64,000 bases of DNA from an uncultured Lachnospiraceae bacterium (GCA_947173495.1 CAMWFQ010000017.1:19018-83017); one strand, 5' to 3'. Shown: positions 11,258-22,022, numbered from the stretch's first letter. Numbers and translations: made by a program. Notes: a model not told the origin generated them from the letters alone.

Positions 11258-11935
11258 TTAAATACGATATTCTCCATCATGAGCTAATAGATGTACCTGA
11301 CTTACACCCTGAATTTTTTCCAATTCCTTTACCAGCTCTTCTTTAGAGGTACTTAACTCATAAATCACCTCAGTCTCGCCTCTCTGGCTGCTTCTTGATT
11401 TCTCCTTTACATTTTTTGACATCTTCCTGATAACCGACTCTGCTTCCTCCCAGTTTACTTTATCACTTGCCGCACGTATTACCAGAACAGACGACGGTTT
11501 AAAGTTGGGTAGCATCTGCAGAACCAGGATCAGGATTGTCATCATAATACAGAGCAGTAAAGCAAGCGCCTTCAGGCCAACTCCACAAATAATTCCCGCG
11601 CTGATTGACCAGAATAAATACAGCAGATCCAGCGGATTCTTCACTGCCGTTCTGAATCTTACAATCGAAAGGGCTCCAACCATACCAAGGGAAACAATCA
11701 GATTTGACTGCATGGCAATCATCATTGTGGCAACGATGAGAGGCATTCCTGCAATTGTGATGTTCAAATCCCTGGAATAAAATGCCGCTTTGCTGGATAG
11801 TTTATACACCCAGAAAATATATACACCAATCAAAACAGCAACTACCAAAGTAAAAATAATTGACTGGGTGGACAGCTGTGTCCCCCCTCCCAGACTCTGA
11901 TATACGCTGGATTTAATTACATCTTTCACTGACAT
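11258..11935 (-). CDS. DUF4956 domain membrane protein
   Basis: SLGMVGALSIVRFRTAVKNPLDLLYLFWSISAGIICG signature; follows the VTC gene. Confidence 0.85.
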   Translation of the reverse strand: MSVKDVIKSSVYQSLGGGTQLSTQSIIFTLVVAVLIGVYIFWVYKLSSKAAFYSRDLNITIAGMPLIVATMMIAMQSNLIVSLGMVGALSIVRFRTAVKNPLDLLYLFWSISAGIICGVGLKALALLLCIMMTILILVLQMLPNFKPSSVLVIRAASDKVNWEEAESVIRKMSKNVKEKSRSSQRGETEVIYELSTSKEELVKELEKIQGVSQVHLLAHDGEYRI

Positions 11936-12624
11936 CTCTTGTACCCTCCTATGAATTCTCTGCATAATTTATATTTGGAATATGAAGTCTGATTCATATC
12001 TCCCGATTCAAGAAGTCCTGCCAGAAAACCCGGGAGGAATTCGTCATATTTTACTTCCAGGATCTGGTCTTCTCCCCTCAGATAATCAAAGCAGGGCATT
12101 CTGCCTTCTGAAAAATCCTCTATACTGCCGCTTGCCCTGATATTTCTGTCCAATGTAATTCTGACATTTCCAGGCTCATACACATATGCTTTTCTGTCAT
12201 ACTCTACAATTACTTTAGGACTCAGCTTTTTCTCGGAAATCGCCAGATTAAACAACGTGATCGGATCCTCCAACGTCAGATACCTATCTTCAACTCTTTC
12301 TTCCCGAAGAAATTTTTTCATCTGATCCATACTGATTGTTCTGGACTTCTTCAGGATTTTGTTGTCTCTCTTATACTTGATTTCCAGCTTAATCACAGAA
12401 AAAGAATGATTATAAATGCGGATACGGTATTTCATCCGGAGCCGATACCCCTGCTCAGCATCATACAGGTTACTGTTCCAATAATCGTCAAAATAGACGC
12501 TGGTAATACAATATCCATTTGCATCCGCCTGATTGTTATCCGATTTTAAAACTGTGTTAAGTTTCGACTGCAGAATCAGCATATCTCCTTCTGTGCATGT
12601 GTATTTATCTTCTACCCGGTACAT
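11926..12624 (-). CDS. VTC / polyphosphate polymerase domain protein (CYTH-like)
   Basis: RVEDKY, YCITSVYFDD, KYRIRIY, KLEIK, RITLDRNI, ILEVKY, SKY motifs. Confidence 0.85.
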   Translation of the reverse strand: MYRVEDKYTCTEGDMLILQSKLNTVLKSDNNQADANGYCITSVYFDDYWNSNLYDAEQGYRLRMKYRIRIYNHSFSVIKLEIKYKRDNKILKKSRTISMDQMKKFLREERVEDRYLTLEDPITLFNLAISEKKLSPKVIVEYDRKAYVYEPGNVRITLDRNIRASGSIEDFSEGRMPCFDYLRGEDQILEVKYDEFLPGFLAGLLESGDMNQTSYSKYKLCREFIGGYKRCQ

Positions 12625-12636
12625 CCTTGACCTCTT

Positions 12637-13752
12637 TCACTTCTGCTTTCTGCAGCTTAATATAACATCACATATCCTGTCCACTATATCCAGATCCAAA
12701 TCTGCATACAACGGCAGCGTAAGAACACGCTTGCTTACGCTCAATGCCACCGGTGTCCTGCCTGCGTCAAATTTTCCATGAAAACAATCAAATGTATTGG
12801 TCAGGGGATAGAAATACTTTCTCGCATAGATTCCCTCCGCCTCGAGTGCCGCAAACACCTCGTTTCTACTGGAGCCAAAAATCCGCTCATCAAACACAAC
12901 AGGATAGTAGGCATAGTTTGTCTTCACATCCTTTTGCGGCTGATTCAACCTGATTCCATTCACCGATGCCAGTCTCTCATTGTATCTGGTCACTACTTTT
13001 TTTCTCCTGGCAATCTCCTCATCCACATGCCGCAGATTACAGAGTCCCATTGCCGCACAAAATTCATTCATCTTGGCATTGGCTCCAACGCCATCAACTA
13101 CCTCCTGATCCCGAATGCCAAAGTTTTTTAACTGATAGATAATCTTTCCAAATTCTGCATCCTTAAAGCTGACTGCACCGCCCTCTATGGTATTAAATAC
13201 TTTGGTTGCGTGAAAGCTGAAACAGGATGCGTCTCCGTATGTACCTATTCCTTTCCCCTTATATTGCGTGCCAAAAGTATGCGCCGCATCATAAAGAACT
13301 TTTAACCCATATTTCCGGGCAATTCTGTCTATTTCCTCTATATGGCACACATTACCATAAACATGTACCGGTACTATGGCACTTGTCCTGTCTGTCACCA
13401 GACCTTCCAGCTTTTCTGTGTCTATTGTATAATCATTCGGATTGATATCACAGAAAACAGGAGTCAGTCCGTTGCGGACGATTGCATGTGTTGTGGAAGC
13501 AAAGGTAAAGGGCGTGGTTATCACTTCTCCCTGAAGCTTCATGGCCTGCAGAGAAAGTTCCAGTGCCATATGACCGTTTGTCAATAAATCAATATTTTCC
13601 ACACCCAGATATTCTTTCAGTCTGACCTGCAGCTGTCGGTGTTTGGCTCCCATATTTGTCAGCCAGTGAGACTCCCACATATCTTTAATTTCGTCTACAT
13701 ATTCCTCTAAAGCGGGCATTGACGAGCGAGTCACAAGGATTTCGTTCCTCAT
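12637..13752 (-). CDS. vioA: DegT/DnrJ/EryC1/StrS aminotransferase, VioA-like (dTDP-4-amino-4,6-dideoxyglucose)
   Basis: WLTNMG, YDAAHTFG, SFHATKVFNTIEGG (PLP lysine); adjacent VioB-like gene. Confidence 0.75.
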   Translation of the reverse strand: MRNEILVTRSSMPALEEYVDEIKDMWESHWLTNMGAKHRQLQVRLKEYLGVENIDLLTNGHMALELSLQAMKLQGEVITTPFTFASTTHAIVRNGLTPVFCDINPNDYTIDTEKLEGLVTDRTSAIVPVHVYGNVCHIEEIDRIARKYGLKVLYDAAHTFGTQYKGKGIGTYGDASCFSFHATKVFNTIEGGAVSFKDAEFGKIIYQLKNFGIRDQEVVDGVGANAKMNEFCAAMGLCNLRHVDEEIARRKKVVTRYNERLASVNGIRLNQPQKDVKTNYAYYPVVFDERIFGSSRNEVFAALEAEGIYARKYFYPLTNTFDCFHGKFDAGRTPVALSVSKRVLTLPLYADLDLDIVDRICDVILSCRKQK

Positions 13753-14342
13753 AATATTTCACCCCTTCTCTTTGAGCCACATTCCGCATTATAACTTTCT
13801 TCTAAGCGTAATATTTCTTTATTTCTATCCTTTATTCTTTTTGCAGGTATTCCCGCATATACAGACCACTCTTCCAAATCATGATTAATCAGACTCATCG
13901 CGCCAACAGATGTACCCTCTCCTATTTTTATTCCCGGCAGAATTGTGCACCCGGTACCTATTAAAGCATGTTTCCCGAAAGTTACATTTCCGCCTTTTGT
14001 ATGACGGAAACGTTCATCCCGTACAGCTCCCGCCAAGCTGATACCTGTATAATCATCACTTTCCGCATACACAGCAGTTCGTGACGAAATCGACGAAAAT
14101 CTGCCTATTTCAATCTCATATTTTCCTGCAAACAGCGCAGAATATACCGCAATGTGCACCCAGTCTCCAATGATAATCTTTCCACTCAAAACGCAAAAAT
14201 CATCTATCCTTACATGATTCCCTATTTCGATTTTTTCTGCTTCATAAAAACATGCCTTTCTGCTTATTGCGGCATTTTCTCCAATCCTTTTTATTCCCAA
14301 ATCTGACAATTCATCACAGGTATAGAAACTGGTCACTATCAA
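13749..14342 (-). CDS. vioB: Hexapeptide-repeat acyltransferase, VioB-like
   Basis: IGNHVRIDDFCVLSG..IGDWVHIAVYS...ISSRTAVY, AGIPAK. Confidence 0.7.
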   Translation of the reverse strand: MIVTSFYTCDELSDLGIKRIGENAAISRKACFYEAEKIEIGNHVRIDDFCVLSGKIIIGDWVHIAVYSALFAGKYEIEIGRFSSISSRTAVYAESDDYTGISLAGAVRDERFRHTKGGNVTFGKHALIGTGCTILPGIKIGEGTSVGAMSLINHDLEEWSVYAGIPAKRIKDRNKEILRLEESYNAECGSKRRGEIL

Positions 14343-14346
14343 CTTC

Positions 14347-15327
14347 TTAATTTTCCCCTTTCCTTAACAGGTACAATAAATATTTGATTCCCGCCTTCCA
14401 TACATATATATTGGGTATCTTAAGTAAATGCTCATGAATATATTTATTGTATTGTTCGAACTTTTCCTGATCAAAAGATATCTCAAATTCAAATCCTTCG
14501 TCTGTATCCAGCTTCCAGGCCTTGCAGGGGTCCAGCTGCTTCTTTTTCATATTTGCACCACTTCCGTCAAATCCCCAGTTTCTGGCCTTTGTAACTCTGG
14601 GCGCAACGAAATACTTATCGGCACATATCGCATATATCGTCCTTGTCGTGTCGCACAGCCTGATTGTATGATCGTCTTTCCAGAAAATAGGATTTTTGCC
14701 ACAAAGGATTCCTTCTATATACTGTTGAAAACAGGTCCGGCTCTTTTTTCGGAGGACATTAATTTTTTCAGGCTTTTTTCCAATATCATTCAACAAATAT
14801 TCTGTAATGATTCTCTCCAGCTGTTCCTCCTTCTGTCTCCAGACTCCCATACCGTAAGCCGGACAGTTCTGTTGAAAAACAGCCGTGTCCTTTTCCGCGT
14901 TCCACGGACCTTGATCCTGAAGTGCACAAATGTTTATCACCTTTTCATTCTTTTCAAACAGAGTCAGACCTTTATCCATATATTCCAAAAAATTATAAGA
15001 GAATTCATTATCATCCTCGGTCAAAATATATCGGTCAAACTTCTGCAGTACCAACTCATGCAAAAATCTGAGGTTGTTTTTCGCACCCAAATTTTCTTTC
15101 TGATAAGATATATGAACTTCCTTAAACTGTGAAAAACCCTTTTTCAAATAAGCACATATCTGCCGGTATCCCTCCTCATACTTTGCTGCAGGCGGATAGT
15201 CTACCGAGATAAACAGCTCCGTCCGATCTGCATATTTGCATTTTCCCAAAGACTCTATACACCGTTTAAAATGCTCTGTTCTATTTAAAGTAGCAATAAC
15301 AACAGGGGCAAAAACCAATTCATCCAC
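14347..15327 (-). CDS. GT-A fold glycosyltransferase (GT2-like)
   Basis: APVVIATLNR, LFISVDYP, ILTEDD motifs. Confidence 0.75.
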   Translation of the reverse strand: MDELVFAPVVIATLNRTEHFKRCIESLGKCKYADRTELFISVDYPPAAKYEEGYRQICAYLKKGFSQFKEVHISYQKENLGAKNNLRFLHELVLQKFDRYILTEDDNEFSYNFLEYMDKGLTLFEKNEKVINICALQDQGPWNAEKDTAVFQQNCPAYGMGVWRQKEEQLERIITEYLLNDIGKKPEKINVLRKKSRTCFQQYIEGILCGKNPIFWKDDHTIRLCDTTRTIYAICADKYFVAPRVTKARNWGFDGSGANMKKKQLDPCKAWKLDTDEGFEFEISFDQEKFEQYNKYIHEHLLKIPNIYVWKAGIKYLLYLLRKGEN

Positions 15328-15330
15328 TTT

Positions 15331-16461
15331 TCAATCTCCTTCAGCATCAGCCTTCTTATAGGATTTTAATATGCTGATAATTCTGTCGCAGGCATGTCCA
15401 TCTCCATATGGATTTATTGCTTTTGACATTTTACAGTATTTGTCCTGATTGAGCAGTAACTCCTTGGTATGATTATAAATCCCCTCTTCCTCGACTCCAA
15501 CCACCTCAACTGTTCCTGCTGCTACAGCCTCCGGTCTTTCTGTCTCTGACCGCATTACCAGAACCGGTTTTCCCAACGCCGGAGCCTCTTCCTGCAAACC
15601 TCCGGAATCCGTCAGAACCAGATAGCTTCTGTTCATCAAATTATGCATATCTTCCACATCGACCGGATCCGTCAGTATTATCCTCTCATGCCCTTCCAAA
15701 ATACTCTTTACTGTCTGCCGCACTCTGGGATTCATGTGAACCGGGTAAATAACAACCACCTCTGCAAATTCTTCAACGATTCTCTTAACCGCCCGACATA
15801 TGTTTTCAAGAGGCAACCCCAGATTTTCCCTCCTGTGCGCTGTCATCAGAAGATATTTCTTTTCTCCGGAAAAGCTCATTTTCTGAAGTATCGCATCTTT
15901 AAATCTATAGTCTTTCCGAATCGTCGTCGCCATTGCATCAATTACTGTATTCCCGGTAACATATATACCACTTTCAATATTTTCTCTTCTCAGGTTCTCA
16001 CAATTTCCTGTTGTCGGTGCAAAATGAAGGTCTGCTATTCTTCCTGTCAGATTTCGATTCATTTCTTCGGGAAAAGGCGAATACTTATCATATGTGCGCA
16101 ACCCGGCTTCAATATGTCCTACCGGTATTTTATGATAAAACGCTGCCAGTGCCGCCGCAAAAGATGTCGTCGTATCCCCGTGCACCAATACCATATCCGG
16201 CTTCTCCTTTAACAGCACCTCTTCTATTCCGTTCAGAATTCTGGATGTGATCATTCCCAATGTCTGAACCGGAGCCATTATTTTCAGATCATAGTCAGCA
16301 GTGACCTGAAATATCTCCAGGACCTGATACAGCATTTCCTTATGCTGTCCTGTAACACATACACTGCATTCCATTTCTTTCTCCTGCATGATCCTCTTCA
16401 CCAAAGGACACATCTTTATTGCCTCTGGTCTGGTGCCAAATACACTTAATATTTTTATCAT
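15331..16461 (-). CDS. wecB: UDP-N-acetylglucosamine 2-epimerase (non-hydrolysing)
   Basis: FGTRPEAIKM, VHGDTTT, HIEAGLR, PFPEEMNR, TDSGGLQEEAP. Confidence 0.95.
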   Translation of the reverse strand: MIKILSVFGTRPEAIKMCPLVKRIMQEKEMECSVCVTGQHKEMLYQVLEIFQVTADYDLKIMAPVQTLGMITSRILNGIEEVLLKEKPDMVLVHGDTTTSFAAALAAFYHKIPVGHIEAGLRTYDKYSPFPEEMNRNLTGRIADLHFAPTTGNCENLRRENIESGIYVTGNTVIDAMATTIRKDYRFKDAILQKMSFSGEKKYLLMTAHRRENLGLPLENICRAVKRIVEEFAEVVVIYPVHMNPRVRQTVKSILEGHERIILTDPVDVEDMHNLMNRSYLVLTDSGGLQEEAPALGKPVLVMRSETERPEAVAAGTVEVVGVEEEGIYNHTKELLLNQDKYCKMSKAINPYGDGHACDRIISILKSYKKADAEGD

Positions 16462-16465
16462 CCTT

Positions 16466-17413
16466 TTATTCCTTATACTTGCCGTCTATTCCTTTCCTGA
16501 AATCAGAAATTCCTTTCCACACAGCCAGAATCAAATCCTTTCTCCCCTTTATAAACCATATCATTATCCAACAGAAACGGTTTAACATGTAATACAGGCA
16601 GAAAAGTGAAAATCCGGCCTTCATGTGCAGTTTATTGCACATCAGCCAGTTTCTGCTGATGTAATATGCGTTCGCCGGATTTTCATTTCCTTTGGTAGAA
16701 CCATTTACCTTGTGATAGACAATTGCTTCTCCGCAATACGAAATTCCTATTCCACGTTCTTTGGCCCGCATACTGTATTCTGTATCTTCATAATAAAGAA
16801 AAAATTTTTCATTCAGCAATCCCAATTCACAAATCATTTGATCTGTTAAGAGTATACAACAGCCATTGGCAAATGTACATCTCTCATTTCGATCATATTG
16901 GCCTTTATCTTTCTCCCCCGTTCCCCGATGCTTTGGTTTCATAATAACCGACGACAATTCTCCCCCTGCGCACCATATAGTATCTCTTTCATCTGCATAT
17001 AGGATCTTCGGCACAACCACATCATCCGTTGCCCTCTGCAGAGAAATCATCTTTTCAATCGTCCATGGCTCTATTTCTGTATCATTGTTTAAAAGCATCA
17101 CATACTTATAATTCTGAGAAAGGGCCCATTTAATCCCTTCATTATTCGCCCTTGAAAAACCGTAATTATCATCCATATTAATATAATGAATAGATGCTTT
17201 GTCCGCATACACTTCTTTTAGTCTTTCAAGTGATCCATCTGTAGACGCATTATCCACTACAGCTATACACAGACTTTCCTTACAGGTACTTTTCAGCACA
17301 GATTCAATGCATGCTTCGTTATACTTCTTTCCATTGTAGTTCACCAATATAACACATATTTTATCGTTCACGCTTCTCTGTTCCCTTCCAGATCTGTCGG
17401 TTAATTTTTGCAT
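16466..17413 (-). CDS. Glycosyltransferase family 2 (rhamnosyltransferase-like)
   Basis: VILVNYNG, VDNASTDGS, LLNNDT, FFLYYEDTEYS. Confidence 0.9.
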   Translation of the reverse strand: MQKLTDRSGREQRSVNDKICVILVNYNGKKYNEACIESVLKSTCKESLCIAVVDNASTDGSLERLKEVYADKASIHYINMDDNYGFSRANNEGIKWALSQNYKYVMLLNNDTEIEPWTIEKMISLQRATDDVVVPKILYADERDTIWCAGGELSSVIMKPKHRGTGEKDKGQYDRNERCTFANGCCILLTDQMICELGLLNEKFFLYYEDTEYSMRAKERGIGISYCGEAIVYHKVNGSTKGNENPANAYYISRNWLMCNKLHMKAGFSLFCLYYMLNRFCWIMIWFIKGRKDLILAVWKGISDFRKGIDGKYKE

Positions 17414-17426
17414 TCAGCAATTCCTT

Positions 17427-20351
17427 TTATTCTTCGCCCTCACTGGGATTCCAGTATTTTCTGCTAAAATTAATGCTCCATACAATACTTAACGCATACA
17501 TATAAAGCAATGTTATAACTGCTCCTGCAAAAAATTCCTTCGGCCTGAATCTCATGACTATCTCATGCCTGCCAGGATTTACCCGTAATCCCATGAAACA
17601 ATTGTCAACCAGGCTGATTTCTGTCTCTTTTCCATCGACGAAGGCTGTCCATCCTTTATGCTTTGCCTGCAAAATAACCACATAGCCTTCCGTCGGTGCA
17701 TCCACCGTCATTTCAATATCATTAAAACTGAACCGTGAAACCTCCGTATAATTATCTCCGGACATACGTTCCGTTACAACCAGCTGTGCCTTTTGGGGAG
17801 CCGCCTTGAGTGAAACCATACGAATTTCTTCATACTTTGTTCTGATGTCCGGGAAAAATATATCCACATATTTCCCTTTCTCTTCCTGCATCACTGTATA
17901 TTCTCCACCATATACAGCTTCTCCTCCCTCTGTATCAACAAAGGTCAGTTCAAGATACAGACTGTCTGATAAATTCTCCGGTTCAAAATATATCCTCACC
18001 CGCCCTGTCCCTGTCGAAGTTGATCGCAATGCCAGAGAGGTTGATCTTATTATGGTCTGATCATTCTGAAATAATAACGTAAGCTCCTCCTCTATATCTA
18101 TTTGGGGATCAAATCTGCATGTCTCTGCATCAGTTCTCTCAAACTCTTCCTCCACATATATCTGTTCCGGACGGTTTGAACACAAACCGGACCATACCTC
18201 ATAAGAAGTATGGTTTCTGTCTATCACGTCATTCGTAAAATAGACTTCCGGATTTTCTTCCATGATACTCCGCATGTATGTTGATTTGAAGTCATCTGTA
18301 CTGCTCAGTATATATGACGAATATCCCTCTTCATCAAAGGTCTTGTTAAAAACAATCTCCCTGCTGACAGTACCGTTGACGCTTCGCAGATTCGAGGCAA
18401 AATTTGTACTGCGCACGCGATTTCTGTTATCTTCAAATTCCTTATCTATCTTATCCTTTATTTCCTGATTACTGGAATAATCCGTAGGATAATATTCCGT
18501 AATCGTGATCGGTCCCTCCGCATGTGCAAAAGTCATCACTTCTATGATAACTGCCAGAACCATACACACCGGAACGTAATTCCCTCTTATCTTCTTTTGC
18601 AAAACAGCATAGAATAATCCCAAATACAGCAATAACAGGTAAACTGAAGTAAACGCTGATTCTGAAAGCGCTTTACATGCTTCCAGATTTACCGTTGATG
18701 TATCATTTGACAGATACCCGACAAATCCTGATGTAATCGCTGTCAAAAACAACACACCTGCCAGAGCGCCGGTGATATATAAGACTTTTCTGTCAACCCT
18801 GCTCTCCATAATATCCTGAAATGCCGTGACTGCTATCAAGAGAATAAACATTACAAAAAATACTCTGTTTAGCGGAGGAAAGCGGAAATCTTCATACATA
18901 GGCAAAAAGCGATACAACAAAGAATGCACAAATGAGTTATTGCCGATGCAGAGCAGAAAACCCATGACCGCCAAAACAGCATAAATCTTTTTTCTGTCGA
19001 TTTTTCGGATCATCATCGGTATGAGAAGAATCACAATAACCCCCAAATAGTAATTTCTCATACTCCTTTCGATCCCCTGAACAAACAAAGACATTTTACT
19101 CAGCAAAACAGACAGCAATGTTATCAGCGGATACGATTTTACTACCTGACCCAGACCGGTTCCTCTGGTAATCAGACTCATATTATTTAAAAACGGAAGC
19201 AAAACTACCGCACTGCCCAATACAGTCAGGATGCAAATCAATATAAATTTACTTCCTGCCCCCCATATATTGGCAATGGGCTTCTTCTCCTTCTCATAAG
19301 AAAAGTACAGCACATATACAAACAAAAACAAAAACAAATTATAAAATATCTCAGGATATCCCCAAAACACCATGCTTCCGCAAAAGCCTGCCATCAAAGC
19401 ATGGGCCATACTTTTTTCCTTCAAAAACTTGCGTGTAAAGAAAAAAACGTGAGGAACCCACGCTGCCGAAATAATGATCATAATATGTTCCGCATTGGAA
19501 AGGAACACACCACAGCCGCTGTATAAAATCCCTGCGATTATGCCGGCAGAAAATCCGGATACGGTTAAACTTCCATTTTCCTGCCGTACCTCTTCTGATG
19601 CAAGCAGAAACATCCCAAATCCACCTATTGCTATATGAAGAACATAAGAAAAAGCCAACGTTACAGGCGTATATCCCGCCAATGCAAGGATAAGCGTAAA
19701 CGGATAAAATACAGGTGTTCCTACCGCAGAATAATAGGGAATTCCATAATGCATCAACGGATTCCACAAAGGAATCTCGTGCGCCTCCAGAGCATCAGAC
19801 ATCATAACCTGATTGGGATATTCTGCCCTCCAGATATCCCATTTCATCAGATTTTCTCCCAGCAAAAGGGACCATTTCGACAGGCTGGCCAGGAAAATAA
19901 AAAAAAGAAAGACTCCTATATGCATAAAGACTGGATACGCATTCAGACGTGACATCAGGTTTTTTTCGAATTCCCAAGCATTTTCCCTCTTTTTACATTC
20001 ATATGCTTTCCCCAATATGAAAACGGCGGGCATTTCGATCACTGCCGCCAGAAGATAAGATGTGAACCTATTCCCTCCTCCGACATTATATAATAGCAGA
20101 ACCGTACAGTTCTGTATCAGAAAATCCGGAATATAAGGGATCAGATATATAACCGATTCAATAAATGCTGTCTTTTTTTCATGATACAATCCTTCTTTTA
20201 GCATATAGTCTACCAGAAGACTAATCATGCTTCCTGCGGCAAATGCAATGTTACACTGCAAAAAGCAGGACAGAAAATATGAGATCCAGACAGTATTAAT
20301 CACTTTCAATATTCCCGACAGCACAAAATTTATATGATATTGCTTTTTCAT
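17427..20351 (-). CDS. YfhO family membrane glycosyltransferase (GT-C)
   Basis: 974 aa; IPLWNP..HYGIP...FYP and C-terminal GWTAFVDG...GLRVNPGRHEIVMRFRP. Confidence 0.75.
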   Translation of the reverse strand: MKKQYHINFVLSGILKVINTVWISYFLSCFLQCNIAFAAGSMISLLVDYMLKEGLYHEKKTAFIESVIYLIPYIPDFLIQNCTVLLLYNVGGGNRFTSYLLAAVIEMPAVFILGKAYECKKRENAWEFEKNLMSRLNAYPVFMHIGVFLFFIFLASLSKWSLLLGENLMKWDIWRAEYPNQVMMSDALEAHEIPLWNPLMHYGIPYYSAVGTPVFYPFTLILALAGYTPVTLAFSYVLHIAIGGFGMFLLASEEVRQENGSLTVSGFSAGIIAGILYSGCGVFLSNAEHIMIIISAAWVPHVFFFTRKFLKEKSMAHALMAGFCGSMVFWGYPEIFYNLFLFLFVYVLYFSYEKEKKPIANIWGAGSKFILICILTVLGSAVVLLPFLNNMSLITRGTGLGQVVKSYPLITLLSVLLSKMSLFVQGIERSMRNYYLGVIVILLIPMMIRKIDRKKIYAVLAVMGFLLCIGNNSFVHSLLYRFLPMYEDFRFPPLNRVFFVMFILLIAVTAFQDIMESRVDRKVLYITGALAGVLFLTAITSGFVGYLSNDTSTVNLEACKALSESAFTSVYLLLLYLGLFYAVLQKKIRGNYVPVCMVLAVIIEVMTFAHAEGPITITEYYPTDYSSNQEIKDKIDKEFEDNRNRVRSTNFASNLRSVNGTVSREIVFNKTFDEEGYSSYILSSTDDFKSTYMRSIMEENPEVYFTNDVIDRNHTSYEVWSGLCSNRPEQIYVEEEFERTDAETCRFDPQIDIEEELTLLFQNDQTIIRSTSLALRSTSTGTGRVRIYFEPENLSDSLYLELTFVDTEGGEAVYGGEYTVMQEEKGKYVDIFFPDIRTKYEEIRMVSLKAAPQKAQLVVTERMSGDNYTEVSRFSFNDIEMTVDAPTEGYVVILQAKHKGWTAFVDGKETEISLVDNCFMGLRVNPGRHEIVMRFRPKEFFAGAVITLLYMYALSIVWSINFSRKYWNPSEGEE

Positions 20352-20366
20352 TTTCAGATTTTCCTT

Positions 20367-21461
20367 TTATTTAAATGAATTAATTCTGTCTATCACCTGT
20401 TCCTGCTCTCTCTCTGTCATACCGTTATACAGTGGAATGGATAATACCTCATCGGCATATCGTTCTGTAATCGGAAAACTTCCCCTGGTATATCCCAGAT
20501 ACCGATATGCTTCTGATAAATGCGGCGGAATCGGATAATGAATGATGGTTCCTATTCCCGCCTCATTAAGGAAATCAATCAGCTCTTTCCTCCTCCTGCA
20601 CCTGACCACAAACTGATGCCATACGGCATCGGCTCCTTCCCTTACACGAGGCAATATGATCCATTCATTCTTCAGCTCTGCCAGGTACCTGCTGCATATT
20701 CTTATTCTTTCCTCTGTAAGATCTGTCAGATGGCGCAAACGAACCCTAAGCAACCCGGCCTGCATTTCATCCAATCTGGAATTCGCTCCTACCACTTTAT
20801 TATAATATCTTTTTTCACTTCCATAATTCCTGAATATCCTCACATCATCCGCAATTTCAGGATCATTGGTAACAATTGCCCCTGCATCACCAAATGCCCC
20901 CAGATTCTTGGACGGATAAAAAGAAAAGCACCCTACATCTCCGAAAGTTCCTGTCATCTGCTCTCCAAAGCAGGCGCCATGAGACTGCGCACAGTCTTCC
21001 ACCACTTTAAGGTTATATCGTCCGGCTATTTCCATAACCTTCTTCATATTAGATGCCTGTCCATACAGATGAACCACCAGTATCGCTCTGGTTCTGTCCG
21101 TAATTTTTTCTTCGATCCGGTCCGCATCAATGTTAAAGAACTCATCCGGTTCCACAAAAACCGGCTTTGCTCCATTTATTGTAATTCCCATAACACTGGC
21201 TATGTACGTATTTCCCTGTACAATGACTTCATCTCCGACGCCAATACCAAGTATCCTGAAGGCAATCCACAATGCATCAAGTCCACTTGCCAGTCCTACA
21301 CAGTATTTCGCTCCTATATATCCCGCAAACTCGCTCTCAAACGATGATACCTCTTTTCCCAGCACATACCAGCCTGAGCGTAACACTTCCAGCGCTTTAT
21401 TTTCGAATTCTTCCTGATACAGCTCAAAGCCTCTGTCCAACCTGTTCGGCATGATTTCCAT
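20367..21461 (-). CDS. DegT family aminotransferase, FdtB/QdtB-like (3-amino-3,6-dideoxyhexose)
   Basis: VEDCAQSHG, SFYPSKNLGAFGDAG, NSRLDEMQA; clustered with an FdtA-like gene. Confidence 0.85.
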   Translation of the reverse strand: MEIMPNRLDRGFELYQEEFENKALEVLRSGWYVLGKEVSSFESEFAGYIGAKYCVGLASGLDALWIAFRILGIGVGDEVIVQGNTYIASVMGITINGAKPVFVEPDEFFNIDADRIEEKITDRTRAILVVHLYGQASNMKKVMEIAGRYNLKVVEDCAQSHGACFGEQMTGTFGDVGCFSFYPSKNLGAFGDAGAIVTNDPEIADDVRIFRNYGSEKRYYNKVVGANSRLDEMQAGLLRVRLRHLTDLTEERIRICSRYLAELKNEWIILPRVREGADAVWHQFVVRCRRRKELIDFLNEAGIGTIIHYPIPPHLSEAYRYLGYTRGSFPITERYADEVLSIPLYNGMTEREQEQVIDRINSFK

Positions 21462-21476
21462 ATATTTCTTCTCCTG

Positions 21477-22022
21477 TCAGTTTTCAAACTCTTCTCTCAG
21501 CATACTATACCATTTTAATGACCGGTACTCGCCTCTGAAAAACAGATGTTTTCTGAATTCGCCTTCGTAAATAAAGCCGATCTTTTCATATAAGCGAATT
21601 GCCTTCTGATTTTCCGGAAGCACATTTAAATATACTCTCTCCATACCAAACTGCTCAAAAGCCAGTCTTAATAGCTCTTTCGATGCCGCCGTCCCAATTC
21701 CTCTTCCCTGAGCTTTTCTGCGAAGGCTAATGGCAAATTCAGCGTTTTTAGCCGTCATGTTAACATTTTTCAGACTCACCGTCCCTAAGTATTCATCATT
21801 TTCATCCACAACTGCATAGTGAATACTTTTTCCCTCAACGGGACGGATCTCCGCTTCCTTTATAAAATTCAGCATATCCTGCCTTGTTTTGTTTTCCGCT
21901 ATAAAACGAAAATTTTTCTGAATCTCCGGATCGAACATCCATTCCAGCATTCCGTCTGCATCTTTTTCTTCCAGCTTACGTAAGGTCATATTTTCACCGT
22001 TCCATTTCATTTTCATTCTCAA
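21477..22022 (-). CDS. GNAT family N-acyltransferase
   Basis: AQGRGIG acyl-CoA motif, NQKAIRLYEKIGF. Confidence 0.85.
   Translation of the reverse strand: MRMKMKWNGENMTLRKLEEKDADGMLEWMFDPEIQKNFRFIAENKTRQDMLNFIKEAEIRPVEGKSIHYAVVDENDEYLGTVSLKNVNMTAKNAEFAISLRRKAQGRGIGTAASKELLRLAFEQFGMERVYLNVLPENQKAIRLYEKIGFIYEGEFRKHLFFRGEYRSLKWYSMLREEFEN

Noticed and set aside
14428-15132. 234-aa plus-strand ORF
   Set aside because: Antisense to the glycosyltransferase; no recognisable domain
20520-21347. 275-aa plus-strand ORF
   Set aside because: Antisense to the well-supported aminotransferase; no motifs
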